Shown here piece after piece: positions 63,272 through 64,000 of a stretch of 64,000 bases of DNA. The stretch's first letter is position 1. Every line of letters begins with the position of its first letter. The stretch lies in NCBI GenBank assembly GCA_963782055.1, contig CAWAIF010000003.1:5024001-5088000 (forward strand), written 5' to 3'. The notes beneath the pieces are model-generated. The model saw nothing but the letters and a program-made list of their open reading frames with translations, ran no database searches and was not told the origin of the DNA. Made by a program: the position numbers and the translations under genes. This DNA comes from an uncultured delta proteobacterium. GTDB lineage: Bacteria; Myxococcota_A; Polyangia; Polyangiales; Polyangiaceae.

Positions 63272-63601
63272 ATGTCCACCGACCTCAAGATCGACGCCCT
63301 GCGTGAAGGAAATGGCCAGGAGGCCAAGTCCGGCGACAAGGTGACCGTGCACTACGTCGGCACCCTCACCGACGGCAAGAAGTTCGACTCCTCGCGCGAC
63401 CGCGGCAAGGGTTTCAGCTTCACCCTCGGCGCAGGCCAGGTGATCAAGGGCTGGGACCAGGGCGTGGCCGGGATGAAGGTGGGCGAGATGCGCAAGCTCA
63501 CCATCCCGCCGCACCTCGCCTACGGGGAGAAGGGCTTCCCCGGCGCCATCCCCCCCGACGCCACCCTGGTGTTCGAGGTCGAGCTGCTCGGCATCGGCTG
63601 A
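63272..63601 (+). CDS. FKBP-type peptidyl-prolyl isomerase
   Basis: [35 protein letters not shown]. Confidence 0.95.
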   Translation: MSTDLKIDALREGNGQEAKSGDKVTVHYVGTLTDGKKFDSSRDRGKGFSFTLGAGQVIKGWDQGVAGMKVGEMRKLTIPPHLAYGEKGFPGAIPPDATLVFEVELLGIG

Positions 63602-63616
63602 GCGAGCACGCCGCCC

Positions 63617-64000
63617 GTGCGTCCTCTCCGGCGCCTCCTCTTCGCGCTCTCGGCGCTCGTCGCCGGGCTCGCTGCGTGGGCGTCCTGCGCCGTCTACGAC
63701 GCCTCGCTCCTGGTGCCCGCGGAGGCAGGCGCCGAGACCGGGACGCCACCCGACGCCGGCGACGGCGGGACCGGCTGCGACCACGCGAGCTACCCCCCGC
63801 GCCCGGACCATGACGACGACGGCGGCGTGGACGCCGGCGACATCGTCCTCGCCATCGATCACTTCGACTTCAACCTGGACGCGGGGGCGCCGGGCACCCT
63901 GCGCGGCTACGACCTGGACCACACGTGCACGTGCCCCGGGGCCCCCTCGTGCATCCCGCCGGAGGCCGGCACGGTCTGCGACGATCCCAACGGCCGCGAC
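63617..64000 (+). CDS. Myxobacterial lipoprotein, truncated by window end
   Basis: GTG start, hydrophobic signal ending ASC, DAG linker, GYDLD..CTC. Confidence 0.6.
   Translation, partial: MRPLRRLLFALSALVAGLAAWASCAVYDASLLVPAEAGAETGTPPDAGDGGTGCDHASYPPRPDHDDDGGVDAGDIVLAIDHFDFNLDAGAPGTLRGYDLDHTCTCPGAPSCIPPEAGTVCDDPNGRD

Overview
Very GC-rich (roughly 70-75% by eye) bacterial chromosomal DNA, most likely a myxobacterium (Polyangiales-like). This is inferred from MYXO-CTERM tails, DAG/DGG-linker lipoproteins, Hanks kinases, WGR proteins and an AglT-like TPR lipoprotein. About 60 genes can be supported; most long ORFs in the supplied track are GC-frame shadows. Recognisable genes: HtrA/DegP, two Ser/Thr kinases, MFS/EamA transporters, LtaS-like sulfatase, WGR-DUF4132, FIST + PAS hybrid kinase, cytochrome c peroxidase, cN-II nucleotidase, LysR, truD, exbB-exbD-tonB, a grxD fusion, a TerB-PPP phosphatase, pip and FKBP. 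I found no rRNA, tRNA, CRISPR or intact transposase. The best candidate for an undescribed system is a divergent locus around an AT-rich Fur-like box (41.8-47.9 kb). It holds a translationally coupled operon of exported diiron ferritin-like protein, 789-aa unknown lipoprotein and beta-propeller/di-heme peroxidase-like enzyme, opposite a cytochrome P460. Other highlights: a porin-cytochrome/MYXO-CTERM/lipocalin operon headed by a decayed YceI-like remnant, two families of palindromic intergenic repeats at stop codons, many apparent leaderless promoters, a PP2C pseudophosphatase, a five-knottin-like secreted protein and two single-base frameshifts. All family calls come from motif recognition by eye; no searches were run.
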